This document shows, piece after piece, positions 1 to 14,313 of a stretch of 64,000 nucleotides of DNA; positions within the stretch are counted from its first letter, which is position 1; each line of letters starts with the position of its first letter. The translations under genes and the position numbers were made by a program. The notes beneath the pieces were generated by a model. That model was not told the DNA's origin. It did not search any database and was given only the letters and a program-made list of their open reading frames with translations. Source of the stretch: Octopus bimaculoides (Eukaryota); assembly GCF_001194135.2 (NCBI RefSeq), contig NC_068986.1, forward strand, positions 3,480,781 to 3,544,780. Reading direction: 5' to 3'.

Positions 1-30
1 GTTATACTGCTAGTAACTGATAATTCTGAT

Positions 31-228
31 TTAATACTTCGTAGCATAACCATTATTCAGTTCCACTTCAACCAATCTCTTCTTGTAGTTCTTAATCAAT
101 GACTCACATGTTTCTTTAGGAATTTTTTTACCATTCTTCTTGACAAATATTCTTCAAATCTGGAATGCACGTTGGGGCTCTTGAATGAATTTTAATTTTC
201 AAATAATGCCACAAATTTTCAATGGGTA
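31..228 (-). mobile_element. Tc1-type (DD34E) transposase C-terminal relic
   Basis: PIENLWHYLKIKIH...DLKNICQEEW*..IPKETCESLIKNYKKRLVEVELNNGYATKY*, with a stop and a frameshift. Confidence 0.8.
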
Positions 229-229
229 G

Positions 230-473
230 AAACTATATAAGATGTGCCCCATGCAAGCTATGGACACATAAGAGGTGCACATAAGACGTAGTTGATAGCT
301 TCTGCTATCTGGGTGACCAACTTAGTAGTGGGGGTGGGTGTGCTGAAAGTGTAGCTGCTAGAATAAGAATAGCCTGGGCAAAGTTCAGAGAGCTCTTACC
401 TCTGCTGATGACAAAGGGCCTCTCACTCAGAGTAAAAAGCAAACTGTATGACGCATGTGTACGAACAGCCATG
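230..473 (+). mobile_element. RTE LINE ORF2 fragment
   Basis: [14 protein letters not shown] ... VVDSFCYLGDQLSSGGGCAESVAARIRIAWAKFRELLPLL. Confidence 0.85.
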
Positions 474-2333
474 GAAGGGACGATTGCTACTGTTGTTTAG
501 CTCCAGGAAATATCGTTTCCAGCTGGCTATATGGCACAATATCTGTGTCATATTTTCGAACAGCTTAAACTAGGAGACAGTAGTTTATTATTTAAATTAA
601 TATAGCCTAGTACAATTTATACCCTATTAATTATTACTTTCCAAAAGTAAGTTCTTCCAGATATGGTTGATATAGGATATATTTATCTTTTTTTACTAGA
701 GGACTTTTAAATTTTACACTTCCCCTAAGTATAAAATATACCCTCTAAGATCTGTTGAGATTATTACCTGAATTCACTTTTGGTGTACTTTACAAACATT
801 TTATAAACGCCTTTTCTAAGTTACTTTTATCTCTATTAAAATTAAGTGTGGTTATCTTTTATTAATGTATGTGTTTTAGCTTTTAAAATTATATATATAT
901 ATATGTACATATATACATATACACACGTTAATACAGATTTTTATTTTGAAAATGTAATCGATGTAACTTATCTTTCAAACAAATTTAATGAGGCCGAAAT
1001 TGCAAATCAAATTCCTTCATTAGACAAGTTTTCTTCAATTTATTCTAAATAAGAATTTTTACATTCTTCCTATCTTTTATTTCACTTTGTACATATATAC
1101 ACATATGCACAGAGACAACAACTATCTAAAAGCCTACACACCTAAATATAAATTGAAAGCAAATGAAGGAGACAAAAATAGTGTTTGGAGAAAGCAAGGA
1201 GAGTTTGTATTTCTATCTCTCTCTCCCTTTCTCCATCTCTCTCTTTCCATATATATACATATATGCATGTATGTATGCATATAGTTATGTGAGTATGTAC
1301 ACGGGTATGTCTCCGTCTTGATATCACATCATTTTTGTTATTGAGTGTCATTCATTTCTAATATACAGCAAAAATATGGCTGACCAACTACTTCAAAACA
1401 GCTACGGGTTGCTGACAGGAAAGGCCTGCCTCAAATGTGGAGGCAGACTTTTTTGTTTCTTGATAAGCAAACTTTTCTCATATTGTGAGAAATATTTTAC
1501 TTGCTGCATCCAAAACTATACTCTATATTCTATATACTTACCTTTCAGCTTAGCCTTAATTATAAACATTTAAAACCTGTTTACAATCATAAGATGCTCA
1601 CTTATTCAATTGATATAATCCTAATGTATATTTATATTTTTTATAAGATTTAGATACCTTTTATACTTAATCTCATTAGTTATTAAGATTATTCATTTAG
1701 ATCCTTTTCATTATTTTAATCTTTAATAATCTATTTTAGATCTTTCTTATTACTTATCTTTTTACTTATCTTTCCATAAAGGATATATTTTAGCCAGTAC
1801 AATTGTGAACTATGGTACTTGAGACTACATGTGTAATCTTAAAACCTATTTTATTGTTAACAAATCCTCATACTTTTTTTAGATATATAAAATTAAGCCG
1901 TAGAATGATTTATAATTACTCTCACATGTGCAATATTCCTGATCCCTCTGTCAAACCATCCAACTCATGCCACCATGGAACATGGACATTAAATGATGTG
2001 GATGGATGAATGGATGGGTGGGTGGATAGATGGATGGGTGGACATATGGACAGACAGACAGACAGATACAGATATATCTCTTATAATCACATGATTGACC
2101 AGGCTGTCGAATGTTGTTATACATTACTGGTCAGAATACACTTTGCATCATTTTAATTTCCGAATGATACCACCCCACTGGCTAGGTGAGCTGGCCAATA
2201 TTACCCCCCGAACAGAATGCCAGTCTGTTGCAGGGTCAACCATTTGCAGCTCAGTGGACTGGAGCAACGTGAAATAAATTGTTTTTTGCTCTAGAACATA
2301 GTGCACCACTCAGTATGGGAATCATCACCATAA

Positions 2334-2368
<35 letters not shown>

Positions 2369-2537
2369 CCACCACCACCATTTCCAATCTGCTTTAAGAC
2401 AGCAACACACACACACATATACTTAGATAAAATATATATACATATAGAGATAAATACAGTGACAACCATATAATTTTTCTTTCTTCACCAGTGTTAGAAG
2501 CCATCATAATTTTATTAAATATGCCAATTCATACATT

Positions 2538-2601
<64 letters not shown>

Positions 2602-2659
2602 TCACACACACACAGAGATTGCAGTACTGCTTGGCATTTGCGCCTGAAAGCTCCAATAC

Positions 2660-3294
2660 GAACAGATGGTGAATGTACAGAACAACCATTGGTTTGCCAT
2701 GTCTGCAAAACAAGTTCTGAGAGTGATAAAAATCAAACATCCAGTGAATATCATGGTATTTGGAGTGAACACTAGTGACAGCGACGTTATGCCTCCATTC
2801 ATCTTCCCACACGGCCTCAGACTCAATACGGAGGCCTACATCAAGTGCCTGGAGGAAGTAGTGCTGCTCTGGGTCAAGAGGGTGGCTGCTGGAACACCCT
2901 ATGTCTGGCAACAGGACTCTGCACCATGCCACACAAGCAGGAGACATTTTCTGTGACCATACCACCCCTAACATCTGGCCACCTAACTCCCGAGACAGCA
3001 AGCCTCTTGATTGTTATGTGTGGGGCACAATTGAGTGAGAGACCAACAAAACTCTTTGTAACACCAAAGATGAACTGAAGGCAACAATTATGGTAGCATT
3101 CACCAAATTAAACAAGGAGACTATCCAGAAGATTGCAGGAGGTCCCAAAGTCGTCTGGAGGTGATTTTATTGAATACATTTACTCTTTAGTATTTCAAGA
3201 TAATTTTACATAATATTGGTAAATATATCAGTTAAAATGAGATGTCAGTATTATTTTCATTTTTGCATAATTCAGACAATTTATTCACCACACC

Positions 3295-3297
<3 letters not shown>
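2660..3297 (+). mobile_element. IS630-Tc1-mariner (maT/DD37D-like) transposon, 3' part with right TIR
   Basis: KHPVNIMVFGV...PPFIFPHGLRLNTEAYIKCLEEVVL.WVKRVAAG.PYVWQQDSAPCHTS then WPPNS..PLDCYVWG; ends ...CACCCTG. Subfamily is uncertain because of a deletion. Confidence 0.8.
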
Positions 3298-3347
<50 letters not shown>

Positions 3348-3431
3348 CACACACACACACACACAAACAAACAATCTGTGAGAAATACTGACTCTATGAT
3401 ATTGAAAGAAAGTGGTGAAATATTTACTAAC

Positions 3432-3533
3432 CTTGCCAAAATTAACTGAAAACCGTTTCTCATCTTCTATTGCATGTGCAAAACCACTTTGGATACCAAA
3501 GTTAACACTGAAGAATGGGAATCCTTTTGGAAT
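3432..3533 (-). CDS. CWF19L2: CWF19L2 exon 17
   Basis: [40 protein letters not shown] donor. The expected next exon (EIIGGMLD...WWKPYD in vertebrates) was not found in 1-3431. Confidence 0.95.
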
Positions 3534-4570
3534 CTACAAATAGAAATGAAACAGACTAATGGTTAACCCATACTACCTGCAGTTTTTAGCGAAGCAATCA
3601 ATATTTTTCAATATTGAGGTTTGCAGAATGCATTGCACCATACTGTTTCTTAAGAAGTTTTTGTATTCTCACATAATATTTCCAGAGATTTACAGCTACA
3701 CACATTGCATTTAGTGTATCCACTTTGGTATGGTTTTCCAGTCCAAATAATGGACCAGATAATGTTACAGGAAGTTGTGGTAATGGACATTATTTGCTAA
3801 TGAGGTGGAAGATTTCTGGATAATATAAGAAAATGAACTGACATGAGCTAAGTATCATTTCTTGCATTCGATGTATAGTTTTATCGAATGTTGGTGCCCT
3901 GTATAAACAGTGCATCTATAAATGACATAATATTGTAGGCAATAACCCGAAGGGCCATTGTTGGGTTTTCTACAATTACAATTTTTCATGTCATTGTGGG
4001 AGTTATAATTAGAGAAATACTGATTATCAACAGTAATAATCTTTTTGAGCCTAGTGTTAAGGGATGTAAAATATTTCATCAGAGAAACCACAGGTGAGCA
4101 GGGACATGATTATTGAAGACTGAAACTAATGAAAGAGCAAAGAGATCTTTAATAAATAGTGTGATGGGAACGTTTTTTTTTTTTTAACTACAAAAACAAA
4201 ATTACTGATCGCCGTATGTCTTTTTTGGTCAGATCCACCAATTTTTTGTTCATATTCCATTCAGTCTCGCACTCAAGAATTGCTTTCTGCAATAAAAAGA
4301 AAACGGAAAGGGAGAAAAGAATAAGACAAACAGACAACAAGAATGAATAAAAGAAATGTCAACTGTGATATTGTTATTCATAAGTAAATATTATTTTCAT
4401 TATCTTCATAGGCACAGGCATAGCAATATGGTCAAAAAGTTTCCCTCTCTACTACATGGCTTCATGACCAGTCTCACTGTGTGGCACCTTAGGTGACAAT
4501 CTTCTACTATAACCCCAAACTGACCAAAACTTTGAGTAGATTTGATACATGGAAAGCAAAAGAAAGTCAT

Positions 4571-4610
<40 letters not shown>

Positions 4611-5645
4611 NNNNNNNNNNNNNNNNNNNNNNNNNNNNNNNNNNNNNNNNNNNNNNNNNNNNNNNNNNNNNNNNNNNNNNNNNNNNNNNNNNNNNNNNNN
4701 NNNNNNNNNNNNNNNNNNNNNNNNNNNNNNNNNNNNNNNNNNNNNNNNNNNNNNNNNNNNNNNNNNNNNNNNNNNNNNNNNNNNNNNNNNNNNNNNNNNN
4801 NNNNNNNNNNNNNNNNNNNNNNNNNNNNNNNNNNNNNNNNNNNNNNNNNNNNNNNNNNNNNNNNNNNNNNNNNNNNNNNNNNNNNNNNNNNNNNNNNNNN
4901 NNNNNNNNNNNNNNNNNNNNNNNNNNNNNNNNNNNNNNNNNNNNNNNNNNNNNNNNNNNNNNNNNNNNNNNNNNNNNNNNNNNNNNNNNNNNNNNNNNNN
5001 NNNNNNNNNNNNNNNNNNNNNNNNNNNNNNNNNNNNNNNNNNNNNNNNNNNNNNNNNNNNNNNNNNNNNNNNNNNNNNNNNNNNNNNNNNNNNNNNNNNN
5101 NNNNNNNNNNNNNNNNNNNNNNNNNNNNNNNNNNNNNNNNNNNNNNNNNNNNNNNNNNNNNNNNNNNNNNNNNNNNNNNNNNNNNNNNNNNNNNNNNNNN
5201 NNNNNNNNNNNNNNNNNNNNNNNNNNNNNNTCCTACATGTACAATCTTGTAACTCTTATTAGCAAACAGAGCATGTGTTAATATCATCATCATCATCATC
5301 ATCATCATCGTTTAACGTCCGCCTTCCATGCTAGCATGGGTTGGACGATTTGACTGAGGACTGGTGGACCAGGTGGCTACACCAGGCTCCAATCTGATTT
5401 GGCAGAGTTTCTACAGCTGGATGCCCTTCCTAATGCCAACCACTCCGAGAGTGTAGTGGGTGCTTTTACGTGCCACCAGCACAAAGGCCAGTCAGGCGGT
5501 ACTGGCAATGGCCACGCTCAAAATGGTGTATTTTACGTGCCACCTGCACAGGAGCCAGTCCAGCAGCACTGGCAATGATCTCGCTTGAATGACTTTTCAC
5601 GTGTCACCGGCACAAGTGCCAAATAATACCAAAAATGTTTTCCAA

Positions 5646-5705
<60 letters not shown>

Positions 5706-8642
5706 GTGGGATTGATATCATGATAAGAAATGGGAATAATGAATAATGAATAATAACGCTATTTATTGTTAACTCACCTTGAAATACATTGGGGCCATAG
5801 CACCTTCTTCATTGTCTACAGGAACACACTCAATATGAGCATGAGGAAAGCGGTTTAAGTGCATACTCGTCTCCAGAAATATTGGATCTTTGTTTAGTCC
5901 TTGAAACATTCTTACTAGAAGCTTCTTGAATGTCTGCAAGTAGGACAAACAAAAGTCAGTTAGTAACATTGATTTGTTAAATGTTAAAGACAAGTTCAAT
6001 CATATATATCCCCATCATCATTTTAATGTCCACTTTTCCATACTTGCATGGGTCAGATGGAATTTACTGATGCATATTTTGCTATGGCTAGATACCTTTC
6101 CTGTCACCAACCCTCACATGTTTCCAAGTGAGGTAATTTCATCACAGAATATTACAAATGAATGACACTGCTTGTATGAGAATGACACTCATTTACAACT
6201 ATCATGTGATGTCAGGACAAAGATACACACACACACACGCACATACATACATACATACAAACATAAACCATGATGTCCAAGCTGCACACTGATTGGTTAA
6301 AAGACTGTTCATAAGATTCAGCCTGCTGGAGTTTATCATCATTGTTTAATGTTCGTTTTCCATGCAGGACTGTTTGACAGGAGCTGTCCAGACTTTGATT
6401 GTCTGTTGTGGCATGGTTTCTACAGCTAGATGCCCTTCCTAATGCCAACCACTTTACAGAATGTGTTGGGTGCTTTTTACATGCCATCAGCATGGGTGCA
6501 TTAATGCAGCACCGGCAAATGTGCATTTTATGTGGCTTCTTTCAGTTTCTATCTACCAAATCATTAAAACACAGAACAGTCTTCTGACTGGGATTCTATA
6601 AAAATCATCCAACACACAAGCTGATACATGTTATCAATAGCAAATGTATGAATATATATATATATATATATANNNNNNNNNNNNNNNNNNNNNNNNNNNN
6701 NNNNNNNNNNNNNNNNNNNNNNNNNNNNNNNNNNNNNNNNNNNNNNNNNNNNNNNNNNNNNNNNNNNNNNNNNNNNNNNNNNNNNNNNNNNNNNNNNNNN
6801 NNNNNNNNNNNNNNNNNNNNNNNNNNNNNNNNNNNNNNNNNNNNNNNNNNNNNNNNNNNNNNNNNNNNNNNNNNNNNNNNNNNNNNNNNNNNNNNNNNNN
6901 NNNNNNNNNNNNNNNNNNNNNNNNNNNNNNNNNNNNNNNNNNNNNNNNNNNNNNNNNNNNNNNNNNNNNNNNNNNNNNNNNNNNNNNNNNNNNNNNNNNN
7001 NNNATATATATATATATATACCAGAATTGACAAGGAGTTTAATCTTCTCATAAATCATGTGCAAAATCAAGTATTTTTTTGTTTTGTATTTTTATCATTA
7101 TTTGAAGCCAGTACAGAGACAAAATCTTCCAACAAGAACTTCTGCATAGAAAGGATCAACATCTTATCCAGGAAGAGATTTATTTCCCATCAAATTAAAA
7201 CTACGGCAAAAGGAGATCAACACTGATCCCTGTGGATTCTAGTAAAACTTTGGCAAAGAATTAGCTGAAAATGAGAATACAACAGGGTAAAATATATGAA
7301 TCAAAACAGTGGGGTGTATACAGAAGAGGCTTACAACACAATAGTAAAATATAACACAAAGTATTAGAAGATTAAAAGAGATTAAGGTTAGTCTATTTGA
7401 GGAGAAAGACCACACATAAGTAATGTTCACTTCAAAAATAAGAAGGAGAAAACATTAAGCAGACAAGTCAACATTTACAGTGAGAATAACATTAAGGTTA
7501 TTTTGAAATGCAGAGTACAGTGATTTTTAAAAGGGGGCAGTACTGTCCCCTATGAAGGAGGAGATTACCTGAGGGGATGGCAGGGTGTGCCAAGGTAAGA
7601 AACAGAAAGAAAATAATAGCTAAGTACTGTCCTTTACTGACAGTTGTAGCCCAAGCAGATTTGGAAACACACGGAGGGTGACTGAGGGCATATAGATTGA
7701 TACACCTTGTAAATTTCTATAACAATGTACCTAGCTAACCAAACTTAATTGGATTATGTATAACTTGTTAATTTATTATTATTATCATTATTATTATTAT
7801 TATTTATTTTATTTTGTCGTTGTTTCTGAGAGTGCAGGTTTACTCTGAATAATATAGCTGAATAAATTAAGAGTAACAAGAAACTAGTGATGAGTTTAGG
7901 GCAGTAAGTTGAAACCTGTTTGATCGGTGTTGTCCTAATATATATTTATGTAATTGTAGAAAAAATAAACAAGAAATCTTTGAGCGAGGGAGGGAACTAC
8001 TATCTGGTAAGACAAATCATCAACTAGAAACAACAGCCAATCTACCTTAAATCATGTCCTAACATCTTAAAACAAAAGAAGGTCATATTAGATAATGTAA
8101 TCTAAAATACAGTATGTCTGGAAAAAAAAAGCAAGATAGTCATAGATGGAATGACTTGCTCAGTCAGAGCTGAACGAGGGCTAAACAAAAACAATAACCA
8201 TTATTGATATCTACAAGGGCATCTCTATATGATCAGTCAACCTGCTAGAAATAGCAACCAAATATTCTTCAAAATACACATCTACAGTTTTATAAAACAG
8301 AAATGACATATTAGGCAACGTAATAATCCTAGTTACTTCAAAAAAGGCATGATGGTCATGGATAGAATACTTTTGATCTTAGACTGGCTTGCTCAGCTAT
8401 AACTTGGAGCTGAGTATTGTCAACATCATCATTTTAACATCTGTTTTTCCATTCTTGCTTGGATTAGACATAATTCCTTGAGGCACTTTCTCCATAGCTG
8501 GAAGTCCTTCCTATCATCAATCCTTACCTGTTTCCTAATAACATAATTCCCTTTGTCCAGACATGTTTCCATGGAAACAAATGAAACTACTCAGGTGATG
8601 AAGACACTTGCTTTCAACTATCACATAATGTATCAACAAGGA

Positions 8643-8676
<34 letters not shown>

Positions 8677-10203
8677 AATGCCTCACCCCTCCCATAAATT
8701 CATTGTCCTGCAAGTTACTTGGTAACCCTGCTGGTGCTGGTGTCATGTAAAAAGCATCCAGTCCACATTGTGAAGTGGTTGGAATTTGGAAGGACAGCTA
8801 AATGCCCTTCCTAATGCCAACCACTTTGAGAGTGTAGTGGGTGTATTTTACGTGCCACTGGCACAGGAGCCAGTAAAGCAGGCCTCGTAATCATCATGTT
8901 CGGATGGTGCTTTTTACATGCCACCAGCACAGGAGCCAGTCAGGCGGAACTGGCATCGACCACGTTCAGATGGTGGTTTTTACGTGCCACCAGCACGGGA
9001 ACCAGTCAGGGGTCACCAGCCCCAGCTACAATATTGGTTTTACTTGATTCAACAGGTCTTCTCAAGCATATCATATCGCCTGACACATCAGGAATATTCT
9101 TAACAGGACCAGACATGCGTGGCTGTGAGCTCACTTTAGTTGCTAGGTCTTCTCAACCACAGCATATCTCCAAAGGTCCTGGTCTCCTGACATTGCCTCT
9201 GTGAGGCCCAATGTTGGAAGGTCATGCTTCACCACCTCATCCCATGTCTTCTTAGGTCTACCTCTTCTACGGGTTCCTTCTACAGTTACGGAGTGGCACT
9301 TACTCACACAGCTGTCTTCATTCATATGTAACACATGGCCATACCAGAGTAGTCGCCTCTCTTGCACACCACATTTGATGCTTCTTATGCCCAACTTTTC
9401 TCTCAGGGCGCTTACACTCTGTCATGTATGCACACTAGCATTACACATCCAGCAGATCATACTAACTTCATTTCTTTCAAGCCTACACATGTCCTCAGCA
9501 GTCATGGCCCATGTTTCACTGCCATGTAGCATGGCAGTTCGCACACATACATCATACAGTCTACCTTTCACCCTAAGCAAGAGGCCCTTAGTTGCCAGCA
9601 GAGGTAGAAGCTCCCCAAACTTTGCCCAAGTTATTTTTACTCTAGTTGCTACAATCTCAAAGCAACTGCCCCCACTACAGACTTTGTCGCCTAGGTAGCA
9701 GAAGCTATTAACTACTTCTAGTTTCTTTCCTTGGCATGTGATGGAATCTTGTTTTCTGTACATCTTCAGTGTTTATTGCTCCAGTGCTTCTGCCACACAC
9801 AAAGACTATTTTCCCGGTTAACCTTACTTTGATACTGCTGCACCTTTTATGTGTCCATAGCTTACACCAGGTACATCGTATGGAGTTTATCTCCTAATAT
9901 AATTAGCATAGTTGTTTTTATATATTTGTCCAAAATCATGCAGGAAGGAGTAGGAGAAAGAGTAGTATAAATGAAGTGGAGAGGAGAGAAAATAGTAATT
10001 CAGTGAAGGAGAAGTAGTGAGAGTAATAGCCCTGAGAGGGAGTGAGAGAAAGTAATAGTAATGAGAGAGAGGAAGTAGCAAAGAGCTTGTCATGTATCTT
10101 CTGTTTTTCTCCATCACAACATATGAATGAGAAAGGAAGGGGTGAGAGACGAATAACGAAGGAAGGGGTGAAAAAAGTCAGTGTTTCAACTCTGTATGAG
10201 TAT

Positions 10204-10240
<37 letters not shown>

Positions 10241-10609
10241 AATGGAAGTGGGATGGTGAACATTCAATGCTGAAAAGAAAAAAATCAAACAGCGTTTCAA
10301 CTCTGTGTGAGTATATGTGTGTATGTGTGCGCGTGTGGAAGGGAAGTATGTGAATGTATGTGAACATTGACATGTGTATTAATTTGATTTACCATCAATA
10401 TCTTCTACTATAATAATAATCTTGTGTATTTCTCCATCACAACATATGAATGAGAAAGGAAGGGGTGACAGATGAATAAGGAAGGAAGGAAGGAAGGGGT
10501 GATGGCAAACTTGGTAGTGGGACGATGGAAGTTCTACAGTGAAGAAAAAAAATCAGTGTTTCAACTCTGTATGAGTATATGTGTGTGTATATAAAAGGAG
10601 TCATGTGAA

Positions 10610-10651
<42 letters not shown>

Positions 10652-13600
10652 TGCAATGGAAGTGGGATGGTGAACATTCNNNNNNNNNNGTGCAATGGAA
10701 GTGGGATGGTGAACATTCAACACTGAAAAGAAAAATCAAACAGCGTTTCAACTCTGTGTGAGTATATGTGTGTGTGCATGTACAAAGGAAGAATGTGAAT
10801 GTTTGTATTTGTGATTATTATGTACCTTATTTCGAACCTTATTTATCTATAAAATACAACAATTAACCCTCATTTTTGACAGCACAAGGCCAGTTAGTAT
10901 ATATATAAAATGTAGACATCTTACCTGAACCTCATCCCAGACATCTTCATCCATGGCAGTTGAAGATGCAACATGCTGAATAGGAGCAAGAATACAATGT
11001 CCCTCTGTGAGAGAAGTACAATCTGGAAGAGCTAAATAGGCCTGAAGAAAAACAGAACAAAAACTATTACAAAGAACTCTCTCTTTGAAAACACGTATGT
11101 CAAATATATTTAATCCTTCAACATTCAGATTGCTCTGAATATAATGCTTATTTATTCACATTGCTTTAAATTAATTATGCTTTAAATTAATCATTGCTTT
11201 AAATTAATCATTATTTGATAGCTTCAAAATTTTGATGATGTTATTGTTTACTTTTAGACTGCCATTCTAGGGCAGAAGGTGTGAGAAGCCAGTTCTGGCC
11301 GGTTTGAACATAAAACAGGTAGAAAATTTGGGTTGCATATGGCCAGCGTAAATGCTAAAGAGTTAAAAGAAATAGTTAGACACGGACAGAAGTACAGAAA
11401 ATGGAAGCTCAAATGAAGTGGTTGTAGAGTATACCTTGTCACATGTATAATGTCTACGAAAGTAAACAAATAATTGGGTGTAACACAAAATATATAAAAT
11501 TTTAGATAGATCAGGGTTCAAGCTACAGTAGGAGGCATAAGCATGATTTGCTTCACAACTACATGGTTTGCAGTTCCATCAAACATCATGGTGCCTTGAG
11601 CAAATTTCTTTTACCAAAGCCCTGGGTTGACCAATGCTAAGTAAGTGTCAAAAACTGCATAATGTGGAAGCCTGTTGGAAGTGGTGAGGACTGTTCCTGG
11701 TCTTTGGTGCAGTTTAAGACTATACCTTAAACCCATGGGTGACTTCAGTAAAGTCCACCATCTTGCAGGCATTCATCTAAATCTCCAGTCTGAGCGTAAC
11801 TTTCTCCTACCAGTCTAAGAAGCTATCATCATTTAACATCCACTTTCCATGCTGGCACAGGTTAGGCAGTTTGACATGAGACTAAATTTGTTGAGGCAAA
11901 TTTTCAACAGCCAGACACCTTTCCTGTCACCAATTCTCACCTGTTTCCAAGCAAATCATATTTCCACATGGCTGGACATATCATCATAGAAGACTTGAGA
12001 GACTGGAAACAAGTGACTCAGCTTGGATGACAGTGATGCTAATTTATAATTATTCCATGCTATCAAAACAAGGAGACACAAACACATACAAACACACACA
12101 TATATGACAAGCTTCTTTCAGTTTCTGTCATCCAAATTCATTGACAAGCCTTTGGTCAACCCAGGGCTATAGCAGAAGACACTTGCTGAAGGTAATATGC
12201 AATGGAATTGAACCTGAAATCATGTGGCTTGAAAGCAAACTTCTTAACTACAAAGTCATGCCTGAAACATACAAATATATACAAAATGTCTTACTTTTTG
12301 TCCAATAGCAACAAGAAGATGTTTTGATATATTTTCAAAACAAAATTTACAACCTGCCATAGATTTTGACATCTGATTATGATCTGAAATAGAAAATGAA
12401 ATTATATAAGAATATTGAATAAGCTGTTAAATTTATGTAGCAACTGATCCTTGAGAGGAAAGGATAGAGAGGATTCAAGAGAAGAAGAGGGTGAGGTACA
12501 CGATGTCAGTAAGGGACAGCTGCAGGAATGGGTAGTGGACCAGGTGCATGCCAGTGGAGATGAGCAAGGGTTTGCAGGCCTTTTCTCTAGTAAAACTTAT
12601 GGTATATTGGGTATTATGGAAGAGAGCAGGAGAACTGTCAAGAACAAGATGTAGGTAATAAAGAAGGCATCTAGATGGCTCTGGCTGAAAAGTGGGTGAC
12701 TAATACACTCAGTAGAATGCCACTTGGGCCAGTGGCTGAACTTTGATCAAACTTGATTGGGTCATTTGTCTGAGAATGCATGTTGCTTGACTGGAAACAC
12801 CCTGTAGCTCCACGATACAACACTGATGATGTGTCCAAATACGTGCAACTGTAAATACCTGACAACTTACACATTGACTTCTTTGCATATCCTGTTTACA
12901 TCCATTTTCTCATGACCCTACAAAACAGACAGGTAGTGTTTTGTTTTATGAGAAATTATTTTTAAAAGCTAGAGGACCTTCTTACCTCTAAACAAAGCAA
13001 TTCCCATTGGTCAAAGCAAATCAAGTGATTCAATACATAACAGACCAGGGATATCGCTGTTGCTAACTGGACTGCTTTAGTTGAAAAATGGAGAGGCTCT
13101 AGCAATAATATTCCATGCTACTGGGATTTGATCCATTCATAGTTCCCTTGTGCCCAAATGAATCGGGGCAAGAAAGTGAAGTTTACTTGATCCCTTGATC
13201 TGAATGAATGTAGATGTTGATAGAGTTGGCTTTTGAAAGTATTAGAGGTGACTCTTATATAATTCTTTTCAATCTCAACTAATTATTTGACCTAGGGACA
13301 AACAAAAACAGAACAACAACTACACATGATAGTCATGGCTGGAACTCCTTTGATGAAAAGTCTATTCGATCAGGGTTGATCTGAGACTAAACAACAAAAA
13401 CATTAACAATAACTCACGTGTTCAGTTGGATTAATATGTTTCTACTCATAACGCTTCAACAATCTCATTTAATGTTCGATATAAAACAATCCATTTGTAG
13501 CAAAACATGCAAATGATAAATTTACAAACTTGCTGAACTTACAAGATATGGCTCTTGCTTTCTGCAAATCAAACGTTTTAGCACCAGATTGCTCCCTGGC

Positions 13601-13939
13601 AGCATTAGCTATAAACATATCATCGACCACGTACTCATCAGTTGTCTTCTGTACATTCTGGAAGAAGAATTCAAAAAATTTAGCATCCTTGGAAATGAAT
13701 ATCTTCTGTATTTTTATCTTTTGTTTTTTTATTTGCTTCGATCATTAGACTTCGGTCATGCTGAGGCATCACCTTGAAGGAGTTTAGTCAAACAAATCAA
13801 TGCTAGCACTTATTTTTAAGACTAGTACATATTCTATTGGTCTTTTGCTGAATTACTAAGTTATAAGGACATAAGCAAACCAACACCAGTTGTCAAGTGG
13901 TAGTGGGATAAATACAAACACAAAGACAGGTACACACAA

Positions 13940-14000
<61 letters not shown>

Positions 14001-14264
14001 NNNNNNNNNNNNNNNNNNNNNNNNNNNNNNNNNNNNNNNNNNNNNNNNNNNNNNNNNNNNNNNNNNNNNNNNNNNNNNNNNNNNNNNNNNNNNNNNNNNN
14101 NNNNNNNNNNNNNNNNNNNNNNNNNNNNNNNNNNNNNNNNNNNNNNNNNNNNNNNNNNNNNNNNNNNNNNNNNNNNNNNNNNNNNNNNNNNNNNNNNNNN
14201 NNNNNNNNNNNNNNNNNNNNNNNNNNNNNNNNNNNNNNNNNNNNNNNNNNNNNNNNNNNNNNNN

Positions 14265-14313
<49 letters not shown>

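Noticed and set aside
4406-5308. Long ORFs in the track across N gaps (also 6564-7226 and 13856-14339)
   Set aside because: Artefacts of N runs and (TA)n translation.
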